From IMG/VR virus record IMGVR_UViG_3300045988_069092: 48,416 nt of DNA. One strand, written 5' to 3'. The notes under the pieces were generated by a model. It did not search any database. It had not been told where the DNA came from and was given only the letters and a program-made list of their open reading frames with translations. The stretch comes from a virus. Shown one piece after another: positions 6,747 through 15,269 of the stretch (positions are counted from its first letter, which is position 1; the number at the start of each line of letters is the position of its first letter). The position numbers were made by a program, and so were the translations under genes.

Positions 6747-7318
6747 TTGTCCGAATCAGAGTCGGAGTTGTTAGAGTCGATAAGATAACGCTCTCTGATA
6801 GAGTCAGGGTCATAGTCGTTGTCCTTGTTGCTGTCGGGGAGTACGGGAGTCACATCCACCTTCTTGACATCCTGATAGCCATAGTTGTTGACTCCGAGGA
6901 ACACACCCGCCATGGGGTTGATTTTGCCGTTGAGCATGTAGTCCTCCCACAGACATTCCAAAAGTTGGTACGCTTTTTTTACCAAGTCCGTAACGCCTTG
7001 CGGCAACGAGGACAGCCCACCCATGGCTCCACTGCCTTGTGTGTTACCTGTCTTGATTTCCCACAGTCTTCTCCTGTCAATCCCCAACGCCATAGCCATA
7101 CCAGACACGGAGGGCTTCATATCGCTATCCACCATGAGGTTGAAATACTCATTGAGCCTGTTCTGTACCGCAACCTCATCATGCAAATCAATCTTGGGCA
7201 TGTTCATGAAGTGCAGGTTCATGCTGGTGTACTTGGCATTATCCCCAGCGTCAAGTGTGAGGGAGCTGGTACTCGTAGGCAATCCAATGCCCTTCGGGTT
7301 GTTTCTCTTTGTTGCCAT
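6740..7318 (-). CDS. terS: Terminase small subunit (putative)
   Basis: HTH-like segment SVSGMAMALGIDRRRLWEI. Also the GVFLGVNNYGYQD motif typical of small terminases, and an acidic SDSDSDND tail. GAGGAGG lies upstream. Confidence 0.65.
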   Translation of the reverse strand: MATKRNNPKGIGLPTSTSSLTLDAGDNAKYTSMNLHFMNMPKIDLHDEVAVQNRLNEYFNLMVDSDMKPSVSGMAMALGIDRRRLWEIKTGNTQGSGAMGGLSSLPQGVTDLVKKAYQLLECLWEDYMLNGKINPMAGVFLGVNNYGYQDVKKVDVTPVLPDSNKDNDYDPDSIRERYLIDSNNSDSDSDND

Positions 7319-7386
7319 AGTCGTTCTTACCTCCTCAGAGAGTCCTCTTTCGGCTCAAAAGAGTCCTCTTTCTTCTTGTTCTTATA

Positions 7387-7494
7387 AAGTAGTTAAAGTA
7401 GTTGAAAATCAGTTTTTGCGTAAACTTTCGCTATATAGACCCCCTTATAGGAGACTTTTACGCAAAATCAAGATTTGAACTACTTTTACTACTT
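7387..7494. repeat. Nested palindromic element, copy B (108 bp)
   Basis: Outer arms AAGTAGTTAAAGTAGTTG and GAACTACTTTTACTACTT. Inner arms TTTTTGCGTAAAC and TTTTACGCAAAAT. The centre differs from copies A and C. Confidence 0.85.
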
Positions 7495-7568
7495 CTCCTA
7501 TAACTTTGCGAAAAGACAAGTAGTAGTCCTACAAAGATTATTTCGCAAATGTCATTTTTGATGATTTT

Positions 7569-7718
7569 TCAATCCGATTCGGATAATCTGAGGTTTTCGA
7601 CCGTCACAGTCGCTACCTGCCGCCAGCCCTCGCACCACTCGGCGAGATTTCCTTGCTCAATGTGGCTTGCGATTTCAGTCGGATTGATGTCTGCGATAAG
7701 CCCCAAAAGTTCGTCCAT
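7569..7718 (-). CDS. Possible 49-aa protein (MDELLGLIADINPTEIASHIEQGNLAEW...)
   Basis: Hand-translated. GAGGTG lies 7 nt upstream, immediately after the rtcB stop. It is below the ORF-track cutoff. Confidence 0.4.
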   Translation of the reverse strand: MDELLGLIADINPTEIASHIEQGNLAEWCEGWRQVATVTVENLRLSESD

Positions 7719-7727
7719 AGTCACACC

Positions 7728-8921
7728 TCACTCGCTTGCCTTGTAGTTGTACAGAGGTTTAATGACCATGAGAATGTCCACCGTCTCGGCGATATTCGCC
7801 ACGATTTCTGCCATGGGCTTGTAGACCATCGGGCTTTCATCAATCGTGGACTGACTGACCGAGGTGGTGAAGATACCCTTCATGGAGTCCTCAAAGTCGG
7901 CGAGACTCACCAGCTCCTTCGCCTTGCTACGGCTCATGATACGACCTGCGCCGTGCGGGGCAGAGCAGTTCCAATCCGGGTTGCCTTTACCTTTGCCGAT
8001 AATACAGCCGTCTCGCATGTTGATGGGAATGAGCAGGAGTTCACCGGCCTTGGCAGAGATAGCTCCCTTGCGAACCATGTTCGTCTCCAAGTCGATGTAG
8101 TTGTGAATGGTCTCGAAACCACCCCAAGGGTTCCAGCCCATCACATCGAGAATGGTCTCGGCAATAGCGAAGCGGTTGAGGACGGCGTACCGCTGGCAGA
8201 TTCTCATGTCGTGTAGATAGTCTTCACGAGTCTTGCCGGTGAGGTAGCACAGCTCCTTCGGAATACCGAGAGGGTTCGGGCTGAACTTGCGGTGAAGCTC
8301 CTTGATAGCTTTCTCGATTTCCTTCTTTCGTCCCTGCGCCGTGTACTCGGCAATCAACTGCTCCTGCCGCTTGTACAGCAGGTCTTTGCCCGACATGGTC
8401 TCCACGGCGAGAGCCTGATAGTACTCTGCCACCTGCTTGCCGAGGTTGCGGCTTCCCGTGTGGATAATGAGGAACTTGTTGCCGTACTCGTCCATGTCGA
8501 TTTCGATGAAGTGATTGCCGCCGCCAAGAGTGCCAATGCTTCTCTTAATGCGGTCGATGTCTTTCAGGTGACGGTAGCACCGAAGCTCGTCCAGCATATC
8601 GAAACGAACATACTCGCTCTTGCGCACCTCTCTGCCAGAGGGGATGTGCTCACGAATGGCAGAGTCAAGGGCGGTGAAGTCGATGTCGATTTGTCCGAGT
8701 TCCACGGTGCGCATACCGCACCCGATGTCTACACCCACGATGTTCGGAATCACCTTGTCACCCAAGTCGGCGGTGAAGCCGATTACACACCCGGCTCCTG
8801 CGTGGACATCGGGCATGATACGAACCTTGCAGTCAGCGAAGACGGGTTGCTTCACGAGGGTGTAAATCTGGTTCAGGGCTTCGGGTTCGATATTGTCAGT
8901 GAAGATTTTAAGGTCACTCAT
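7728..8921 (-). CDS. rtcB: RtcB-family RNA 3'-phosphate ligase
   Basis: Motifs MPDVHAGAGC, GGGNHFIEI, HTGSRNLG and APHGAGR. Start refined to MSDLKIF, with GAGGTGG upstream. Confidence 0.9.
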   Translation of the reverse strand: MSDLKIFTDNIEPEALNQIYTLVKQPVFADCKVRIMPDVHAGAGCVIGFTADLGDKVIPNIVGVDIGCGMRTVELGQIDIDFTALDSAIREHIPSGREVRKSEYVRFDMLDELRCYRHLKDIDRIKRSIGTLGGGNHFIEIDMDEYGNKFLIIHTGSRNLGKQVAEYYQALAVETMSGKDLLYKRQEQLIAEYTAQGRKKEIEKAIKELHRKFSPNPLGIPKELCYLTGKTREDYLHDMRICQRYAVLNRFAIAETILDVMGWNPWGGFETIHNYIDLETNMVRKGAISAKAGELLLIPINMRDGCIIGKGKGNPDWNCSAPHGAGRIMSRSKAKELVSLADFEDSMKGIFTTSVSQSTIDESPMVYKPMAEIVANIAETVDILMVIKPLYNYKASE

Positions 8922-8925
8922 TTTG

Positions 8926-9294
8926 TTACACCACCTCATGCAAAATCTGTTCCAGTCGCTCGGCGCACTTCACGATGAAATCATCGTCCTGCGAGAAAAG
9001 TTTGCCGTCCCTCTGCAATCTTTCGAGAGCCATGAGAGAGGAGCTGATTTTCTCTGCGCACTTGGCAACATGGGTTCTATGGTTCGTCTCTGCCGTGATG
9101 GGGTAAAAGACGGCGTTCCTGCCAAGCTCTGCCCCGTTGGTCATGACGAACTTGGTACGAGCTGGGGTGATACGCTCGATAGTCAGGGGGATAGTCTTCG
9201 GGTAGCGGAAGAACCCCCACCCGATTTGAGTTTTCATTCTGACTCCCACGACATCACCCGGCTTCAAGGTGCTTTTGTCGATTACATCATACAT
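8926..9294 (-). CDS. Hypothetical protein
   Basis: Start refined to MYDVIDK, preceded by GAGGAGGAAAGCGAAA. Confidence 0.55.
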   Translation of the reverse strand: MYDVIDKSTLKPGDVVGVRMKTQIGWGFFRYPKTIPLTIERITPARTKFVMTNGAELGRNAVFYPITAETNHRTHVAKCAEKISSSLMALERLQRDGKLFSQDDDFIVKCAERLEQILHEVV

Positions 9295-9475
9295 TTTCGC
9301 TTTCCTCCTCAAGCCGATGATAGAAGTTCGACAGGACGCTTTTCGCCGCAAGAATACCTTGCTTGTAGCCCTCCTCGTATTTGTAGTTCCCGTTCTTGCC
9401 ATAGGGATTGTCCCTCATTTTTCGGGAGAGCTGTTCCTGCAAATCCTCATACTGCCATCTGGTCATGTCAAACAA
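9287..9475 (-). CDS. Hypothetical small protein
   Basis: 62-aa ORF tightly packed between neighbouring genes. Confidence 0.5.
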   Translation of the reverse strand: MFDMTRWQYEDLQEQLSRKMRDNPYGKNGNYKYEEGYKQGILAAKSVLSNFYHRLEEESENV

Positions 9476-11003
9476 TCTCCTTCAATTTCAGACCCCAATA
9501 GATTACGAAGCCGCTGGAAGTCGATTTGCGGTCAAACCATTCGGGGTGACGCTCCATTTCGGAATTGAACTTCCTCGCCGACAGCACATAGGCTCCCTCG
9601 GACTTCGCCCACATCTTGAACGCTTGGTAGAGGTCTTTCGCCTTGATGTTGGTGCGCTTGCCCTTCTCACCGAAGGGGTTGTTCTCGTCCTCCGGGACTC
9701 GCACACAGCGGTTTTCGAGGAATTGAAGCACAAGGTCATTCTCTCGCTCGTACTTCGTCACGACAGACCTCAAGGACTCAGACATGGCGAGACCGTGTTC
9801 CTTGTACTTGATATACCCACGCACCAGCCACATGAAAATGCCGCTCATGGCTTCCTGAGAGGTCAGCTCGTCCTTGAGGTGAGTGTCCTGCTCGGCGGGA
9901 GAGAAATGCCGGTTGAACTCAATCACCTTGATACGCTCGGAAGCGAACAAGCTCTTGTCCGTCACCATCGGGAGGTCATTACAGGACAGCCAGAGGGTGA
10001 ACTGCGGCTTGTAGGTGATTGCCGACTGGTACAGCGCACGAGCGGAGATTTCCTCACCACCCGTGAACTGCTTGATTTTCTCCTCGTCCAGCTTGCCGTA
10101 CTCGTTGGACTCGCTCATGGTGACAAACCGCTTGCCCTTGAGACCGGCGAGGGTAGGAGAAGCCGCTTCTGCGTCCTTTTGCCGGTCTCCTCGGCAAATC
10201 ATACCGACAGGGGCAACCTTGGCGTAGTCACCGAGCATGGTCTCAATCGTGTTGAGGAGCGTGGACTTGCCGTTGCGGGTGGTCTTGCCGTGCAGAATGA
10301 ACATGCACTCCTCGTTGCTCATGCCGAGGATGGAGTAGCCAAGGGAGCGTTGCAGGAAATCAGCTTTGTCCTTGTCGTTCTGAGTGACCTCGCCAATGAA
10401 CTGCTCCCACCGCTCACAGCGAATGTCCCTGCGGACGGTGTGACGGAAGTTGGTCTGCATGGTGAGAAAATCGTCCCACTTGGCTTCCCGGAAAGAGAAG
10501 TCCCGCAGAGAGTAGGTTCCGTTCAGGCAGTTTATGAGATAGGGGTCAGCGTCAAAGTCAGTCGCAGAGATACGCAGTTCGCCGGTTGCGTCCTTGAGGA
10601 TTCGGTCTCTCATGCGTCTGTCACCCATCTTGTTCACGAAGGAGGTGTAGGACTTGCGGGTTTCATCGTCCACGATTTCCCCGCAGTAGAGAATCATCAA
10701 CCGCACGAAGTCTTTGATTTTCTCCGAGACGAGGATTGCGCCCTCGTCCTTGCGCCATGCACCCTCAAAGTAGGTGTACCAGCTCTTATGCTCGGTGCAG
10801 TAACGAGCTTCCCGGTTGTAGAGAATCCCGAACAGGTTCGCCATGCCCATTTCCGACCACTCGAACCCGGAGCTGTACTCGTCAGCTTTCTCAGGGTGGT
10901 AGGACTTGATGGTGTACATCTTCTCGGACAGGTCTTCGTCCATAATGACTCTGCCGTTACGAAGCTCGAACAGCTCTCTATCACTTGCCACGGTTGCGTT
11001 CAC
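9468..11003 (-). CDS. D5/P4-family primase-associated SF3 helicase
   Basis: Walker A-like LHGKTTRNGKST. Overall D5_N plus P4-primase C-terminal architecture. The exact start (one of two GTG codons) is uncertain. Confidence 0.8.
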   Translation of the reverse strand: MNATVASDRELFELRNGRVIMDEDLSEKMYTIKSYHPEKADEYSSGFEWSEMGMANLFGILYNREARYCTEHKSWYTYFEGAWRKDEGAILVSEKIKDFVRLMILYCGEIVDDETRKSYTSFVNKMGDRRMRDRILKDATGELRISATDFDADPYLINCLNGTYSLRDFSFREAKWDDFLTMQTNFRHTVRRDIRCERWEQFIGEVTQNDKDKADFLQRSLGYSILGMSNEECMFILHGKTTRNGKSTLLNTIETMLGDYAKVAPVGMICRGDRQKDAEAASPTLAGLKGKRFVTMSESNEYGKLDEEKIKQFTGGEEISARALYQSAITYKPQFTLWLSCNDLPMVTDKSLFASERIKVIEFNRHFSPAEQDTHLKDELTSQEAMSGIFMWLVRGYIKYKEHGLAMSESLRSVVTKYERENDLVLQFLENRCVRVPEDENNPFGEKGKRTNIKAKDLYQAFKMWAKSEGAYVLSARKFNSEMERHPEWFDRKSTSSGFVIYWGLKLKEIV

Positions 11004-11142
11004 CTCCTACTGCGATTGCACATTTCTGTTTGTCCTCCACCCACCAAGCGCAGTTATCCTTGCAACACACCCACCCCTCAGGGTTGGTGATTGCCTGAGA
11101 AGCCAGCAGGAGGGGACAGTAGAGTTTGTTATCGTTTGACAT
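10981..11142 (-). CDS. Possible 53-aa Cys-rich protein (MSNDNKLYCPLLL...CCKDNCAWWV...)
   Basis: Hand-translated. The ATG overlaps the end of the upstream gene. It is below the ORF-track cutoff. Confidence 0.4.
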   Translation of the reverse strand: MSNDNKLYCPLLLASQAITNPEGWVCCKDNCAWWVEDKQKCAIAVGGERNRGK

Positions 11143-11542
11143 CGTCCAGCACCCCATATACCAATACGAGAAGGTCTTCGAGGTAGCTTATGATTGCATA
11201 GCTTCCATGCGCATGGCCTTTGTCGTAGGCGTATTCCCAAAGTTTTCTTGCTCCATCACGAGTCAGCCCGTGTCCGACCTCGCTTTGAATAGCACGGTAG
11301 ATGTCCTCATGGATAGCGTCTCTCGCCTTGTTCTTGGCGGTGTTGAGACGAGCAACCTCCGCTTGGTATGCGGCGTTGTTTTCAGCCACCTTGTCACGGT
11401 TCCACTTCACGGACTGGTTTTCATCGAAGACATGGTTCTGAGCCACCTTGCGAATGACAGCGGGAACGCACGACATTCCCTGCATACGCTCGTAGTCACT
11501 CTGAATCTCGTCCCAGCCCTTAACCGTCATTTTATTCGCCAT
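11129..11542 (-). CDS. Hypothetical protein
   Basis: Start refined to MANKMTV, which overlaps the thyX stop region. Confidence 0.55.
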   Translation of the reverse strand: MANKMTVKGWDEIQSDYERMQGMSCVPAVIRKVAQNHVFDENQSVKWNRDKVAENNAAYQAEVARLNTAKNKARDAIHEDIYRAIQSEVGHGLTRDGARKLWEYAYDKGHAHGSYAIISYLEDLLVLVYGVLDDVKR

Positions 11543-12155
11543 CGTCAACACCTCCGCACTTCTCATGGCAGACGATACGACCGCTCTTGCACTTGGGGAC
11601 GAGCATGAAGTGAAGCGCAGGGTCTACAAGGGACACCATCTGCTTCATCAGCTCTCGGATTTCCCACTGCGCTCTCAGGCACAGCCGTTCGTTGCTCATG
11701 TGAATCAGCTCCCGCAGATTGCAGGAGAGGAACAGGGCGGTCTCACAGGCGTTGGGGAGGACATACCGAGCGTCCTCATTGGGAACTCCAACCTTTTGGG
11801 ACAGCTCGTAAAACTCTGCGATATGATTCAGCACCAAGCCGTAATCCCATTTACCGCCCAGCTCCTCAATAGAGCGTGGCAGTACCGCCGAGAAACCATC
11901 CTCCGAGCAGTATCGCTGAGACCGCTGAGTGAAGCTACAGTGCCTATGCCGCACGAGCTGGTGAGAACAGGAACGGGAGATACCCTCGATTTTGAAGGTG
12001 AAGTAGATATGCTCGAACACGCTATGGTGTCCGTTGCGGTACAGGTGCTTCACCAGCCCAAGCGGGTTCTTGGGGTCGCTGTCATAGCAGATACTTGCGA
12101 TTGCCGCAATGGTATTGATAGGGTCAGGCGTTGCCTGAATGAGTGTGACCAACAT
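11532..12155 (-). CDS. thyX: Flavin-dependent thymidylate synthase
   Basis: ThyX signature RHRHCSFTQRSQRY. Confidence 0.9.
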   Translation of the reverse strand: MLVTLIQATPDPINTIAAIASICYDSDPKNPLGLVKHLYRNGHHSVFEHIYFTFKIEGISRSCSHQLVRHRHCSFTQRSQRYCSEDGFSAVLPRSIEELGGKWDYGLVLNHIAEFYELSQKVGVPNEDARYVLPNACETALFLSCNLRELIHMSNERLCLRAQWEIRELMKQMVSLVDPALHFMLVPKCKSGRIVCHEKCGGVDDGE

Positions 12156-12166
12156 GGTGAACCTCC

Positions 12167-12637
12167 TTATTTATTCATTACTCGCTCCAAGAGCTGTTCG
12201 TACAGATTCTTGTACAGGTCTCTCTCGATTTCCTCCCGGCACTGGATGTCAGCTTTCGGGTCGGGAGTGTTCGCCGCCTGTTGCGGAGCTTCCTCCATGC
12301 TGGCAGAACGGATACCGAGCGAATACAGCAGAGCGGAGTCAATCTGCTTCATTTCCTCATCCGTGCAGGAACGGACGAAGCCGTCAAGCCGTTCTTTCGA
12401 GACCGTCTGGATGTTCTCGCACAGGGCGGTCGAAGGAACTTTGCACTGAACCGGCACATGCGTGGGCATGGGCTTCTTCTCCTGAGAGGTCAGGAACACA
12501 ACCTCCACATTGGGAGAGTACCTGTTGGCGAGGTCGTTGGAAACGATAACGCCGGGTCTATGACCACCCTGCTCGGAGCCAGAGACGGGAGAGTGAGCAA
12601 TGAAGAAGATGTCCCCCCGGTAAAAGTCTTGAGTCAT
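12167..12637 (-). CDS. MazF/PemK-family endoribonuclease toxin with a C-terminal extension of about 45 aa
   Basis: Motifs RGDIFF, GSEQGGHRPGVIVSND, VVFLTS and PTHVPV. Start refined to MTQDF, preceded by AAGGAGG. Confidence 0.85.
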   Translation of the reverse strand: MTQDFYRGDIFFIAHSPVSGSEQGGHRPGVIVSNDLANRYSPNVEVVFLTSQEKKPMPTHVPVQCKVPSTALCENIQTVSKERLDGFVRSCTDEEMKQIDSALLYSLGIRSASMEEAPQQAANTPDPKADIQCREEIERDLYKNLYEQLLERVMNK

Positions 12638-12690
12638 GATGTAATCCTCCTTAATCTGAATGAGATAATTTATTGCCTTGTTGTGATTAG

Positions 12691-12753
12691 ATAATAACAC
12701 GGAAAAGATTATTTGTCAACCCTCTCGGAAATATTTTTTATCTTTTCCGTGTT
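12691..12753 (-). promoter_or_regulatory. Sigma-A-type promoter of the mazF-like/thyX unit, bracketed by an inverted pair of the 14-mer operator
   Basis: Minus strand reads TTGACA (12714-12719), a 17-nt spacer, then TATTAT (12691-12696). AACACGGAAAAGAT lies at 12696-12709, and its exact reverse complement lies at 12740-12753. Confidence 0.7.
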
Positions 12754-12758
12754 ATATC

Positions 12759-13547
12759 TTATCTCTTGTAACGAGTCACGCTGTTACAGATGGTTCGGAT
12801 TTCGTTTCGGTCGAGGGGCGGGTCACAGGCCACCATGTTGGCGTACAACAGCTCGTCATAGATTTGCTGTTTGCTGTACCCCTGATTGTGGAGCATACCT
12901 GCGAGAGAAGTCAGACAGATGTTCCGACTTCCATCGGGAATCCGAGGATAAACGGGACGGAGCTTTATACGGTTGTTCTCAGGAAGACTCCATATCAGAG
13001 AGTAAATCCTGCCGCCGTATCGCTCCCCGGCCTTTTCCTCTCTGGTCTCAGGGAAGTACTTTTCCACCACACAATCAATGGCTCCTTGGTCTTCCACAAT
13101 GGTGTCGTACAGGAGCGTATCGCCGGTCATGATGAAGTACCGAGCCGCTTTGTAAATCTCCACCCCTGCGAGGTTGTTCTTGCCCTTGAAGGGGAGAGTC
13201 CCCCTGAGCAGTATGTGAAAGCCCCTGCCGCTCTTGGACTTCTCGGTGTAGCTCTCACACAGCCCTATGATTTCTGCCGCCAGAGGGGAGAGAAAACCGT
13301 CTTGGTCATACCCATCGTCAATGTCAATCCCCACATAGCCGTTATCATCGAACACGAACCCGCAGTAGTCATAGTGTCCTTCCGACACGGCCTTGCAAGC
13401 CGTGTCGAAGGAAGACCATGTTTCAGGATTAGTAGAGGAAGCGGCTTCTGGTGCGGTCGCTTTCATCGGAACTTTGCTGTCGCTACGAGTACAGACCCAC
13501 TGATTCAGTTGTTTCAGTTCTTCGGGAATGTTCTCGTAGCGTGTCAA
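12759..13547 (-). CDS. Bifunctional primase-polymerase (prim-pol) with a PriCT-like C-terminus
   Basis: Motifs VGIDIDDGY, GRGFHILL and VEIYKAARYFIMTG. Probable TTG start after GGAGG, overlapping the upstream stop (ATTTGA). Confidence 0.8.
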   Translation of the reverse strand: MTRYENIPEELKQLNQWVCTRSDSKVPMKATAPEAASSTNPETWSSFDTACKAVSEGHYDYCGFVFDDNGYVGIDIDDGYDQDGFLSPLAAEIIGLCESYTEKSKSGRGFHILLRGTLPFKGKNNLAGVEIYKAARYFIMTGDTLLYDTIVEDQGAIDCVVEKYFPETREEKAGERYGGRIYSLIWSLPENNRIKLRPVYPRIPDGSRNICLTSLAGMLHNQGYSKQQIYDELLYANMVACDPPLDRNEIRTICNSVTRYKR

Positions 13548-13837
13548 ATCAGGTTCCTCCTCTTGGCGACCTTGCGCTCCAACTCGTTGACCAAAGCCCA
13601 CACTCTGTCCTGCTTGATGTTCTTGGTCACAGAGACCTTGTAGACATTATCGGGAATGGTATCGCCCTCCTGATAGATGAACAGCAGAATCTCTCTTTCG
13701 CTGTCGGTGAAGCCCTTCAAGGCGTTCTCACAGGCGTACCAGTTCTGCTTGTCAGCGTCAGAGCGGAACTTGGGGTTGGGGTGTCGAGCGTAGAACTTCA
13801 TGCAGTGCTGGATGTAATCGGTATAGAAAGTTCTCAT
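13544..13837 (-). CDS. Small protein with a sigma-region-4-like / RinA-ArpU-like C-terminal HTH (tentative)
   Basis: TDSEREILLFIYQEG...RVWALVNELERKVAKR loosely resembles sigma-70 region 4. Confidence 0.35.
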   Translation of the reverse strand: MRTFYTDYIQHCMKFYARHPNPKFRSDADKQNWYACENALKGFTDSEREILLFIYQEGDTIPDNVYKVSVTKNIKQDRVWALVNELERKVAKRRNLI

Positions 13838-14076
13838 TCCTCAACCTCCGCTTTGTCCTCAGTCTTCTTGGAAGTGGTGCGCTTGAAGACCTCGCCCTCG
13901 AAGTACCACTCGTTGTTGATATTGATGGGGTAGCCCTCCACATCGGACTTTTTCATCTCACCGTGGTCGATGATGTGCTGAGCGGAAGCAACCGCCATCT
14001 GGTTTTTCACCAAGTCCTTGCCGGTGCGAAGCAGGAAAGTCACTTTCCCGTTCACGCTTTTCAGCTTATAGTTCAT
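13834..14076 (-). CDS. Hypothetical protein
   Basis: Start refined to MNYKLKS, preceded by AAGGAGGG. Confidence 0.55.
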   Translation of the reverse strand: MNYKLKSVNGKVTFLLRTGKDLVKNQMAVASAQHIIDHGEMKKSDVEGYPININNEWYFEGEVFKRTTSKKTEDKAEVEE

Positions 14077-14408
14077 TGTTTGCCCTCCTTGTTCCATTCG
14101 GCAATGTCAATGCCGTATCGTTCCAGCTTGTGCCTACACAGCCAAGCCATGTCCTCGTTGCCCATTTCATACCGCTTTTCCAGAGCATCCAGCTCGGCGG
14201 CATAGCCCTCAAAGAATCTCCTCAGCCGCTTCTTCCCGAAGCCGAACCGCTCATGCAAAACCCACAGAATGACGGAGTCCATTTCAAGTTCGTTCTTCCT
14301 GTCAAACTCGGCGCACTGACGGAGTATTTCAGCGTCAATGGCTTTCTGCTCCTTGGTGCTGAACTTCACACCGAAGATGTGACCTCTGTTCTTCTTGAAT
14401 ACCGGCAT
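14073..14408 (-). CDS. Hypothetical protein
   Basis: The ATG lies directly after the HD-gene stop (TGATATG). Confidence 0.55.
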   Translation of the reverse strand: MPVFKKNRGHIFGVKFSTKEQKAIDAEILRQCAEFDRKNELEMDSVILWVLHERFGFGKKRLRRFFEGYAAELDALEKRYEMGNEDMAWLCRHKLERYGIDIAEWNKEGKQ

Positions 14409-14409
14409 A

Positions 14410-14985
14410 TCAGACACCTACCACATGAGACGCAATCATGTCTGCTTGATGTGTCCAGAGTACATTCGGGAACTTATGAACAGCGTCAGTGAAGCTCCTC
14501 CAATGCTCCTTGTCGGTGAAAGCCCCCATGTGATAGAGAATACACATGGACTCCTCCTCGGTCAGCGTCATGTGCTGAGACAGGAGAATAACCGATTTGT
14601 CTCCATGTCCCTTGACGAGCGTGTTGGGGTTGTACTCCCACGCCTGCTCGTCATAGATGGTGGTCTCCTCGGAGCCGACATAAAGAAGCGTCTCCTTGAT
14701 GGGGTGGCGGTACTGGTCGATTTTGCACAGGTCGTGGAACATACCCACAATGAAGGGGCTTTCCACTCTGCGCCATTTCAGACCATTCTTCGCAGACAGG
14801 TCTACGAGCGTGTTCATTACCATCAGCGAATGGTCGAACAGACCGCCCTCGTATGCCCCGTGGTACTTGGTGCTTGCCGGGGCGTGAAAGAAGCCGTTTT
14901 CCATCAGGTAGGTCTTGAACTCACGAGACACGATTCTGTCCAGACCTGCGGCTTCAAAAAGCTGTACTCGCTCTAATTCAGTCAT
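14410..14985 (-). CDS. HD-domain phosphohydrolase
   Basis: YHGAYEGGLFDHS and FHDLCK (H...HD...D pattern). Confidence 0.7.
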   Translation of the reverse strand: MTELERVQLFEAAGLDRIVSREFKTYLMENGFFHAPASTKYHGAYEGGLFDHSLMVMNTLVDLSAKNGLKWRRVESPFIVGMFHDLCKIDQYRHPIKETLLYVGSEETTIYDEQAWEYNPNTLVKGHGDKSVILLSQHMTLTEEESMCILYHMGAFTDKEHWRSFTDAVHKFPNVLWTHQADMIASHVVGV

Positions 14986-15269
14986 TGGCTTTCTCCTTCA
15001 TCAGTTCACAGATGAACGCCATGTTGCAAGCCATGTGCTTGTAATGCTCGATACCGCTCTCAGCGTCCTTGGAGTTGTTGTCTTCGATGAAGGACAGCCA
15101 GTGCCGGTAAAAAAGCGTCAATATAGCGTTGCAGTTCGACTTTCTTCCAGTTGTCGGGGTCGTGGTACTTCTCCGTGCCATACTCCCGAACGACCGCAAT
15201 GTCACGAATGATTTGAACCGGGACGAGGGAGAGCTTCGCTTTCCCCATATCGTCCTTTGCAATCTCCAT
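14978..15269 (-). pseudogene. dATP/dGTP diphosphohydrolase N-terminal-like (DUF5664-like) gene, split by a frameshift at an A6/T6 run
   Basis: The N-terminal part (MEIAKDDMGKAKLSLVPVQIIRDIAVVREYGTEKYHDPDNWKKVELQRYIDAF) is in one frame. The C-terminal part (YRHWLSFIEDNNSKDAESGIEHYKHMACNMAFICEL) is in another. The switch point is the A-run at 15109-15114. Confidence 0.6.

Noticed and set aside
9408-11090. Long plus-strand ORFs of 500-900 aa. Examples are 9408-11090, 17882-19423, 32253-34358, 37627-40344, 40387-42279 and 46873-48357.
   Set aside because: They lie antisense to minus-strand genes that have clear family motifs and SD sites. Their products are low-complexity (rich in G/V/R/L/H) and have no recognisable domains. 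They are shadow ORFs.
11532-15269. A Z-genome or other hypermodified-base pathway, suggested by HD hydrolase, DUF5664-like diphosphohydrolase and ThyX occurring together.
   Set aside because: No PurZ-like adenylosuccinate-synthetase homologue or other base-modifying enzyme is present. The set is adequately explained as ordinary nucleotide-pool management.
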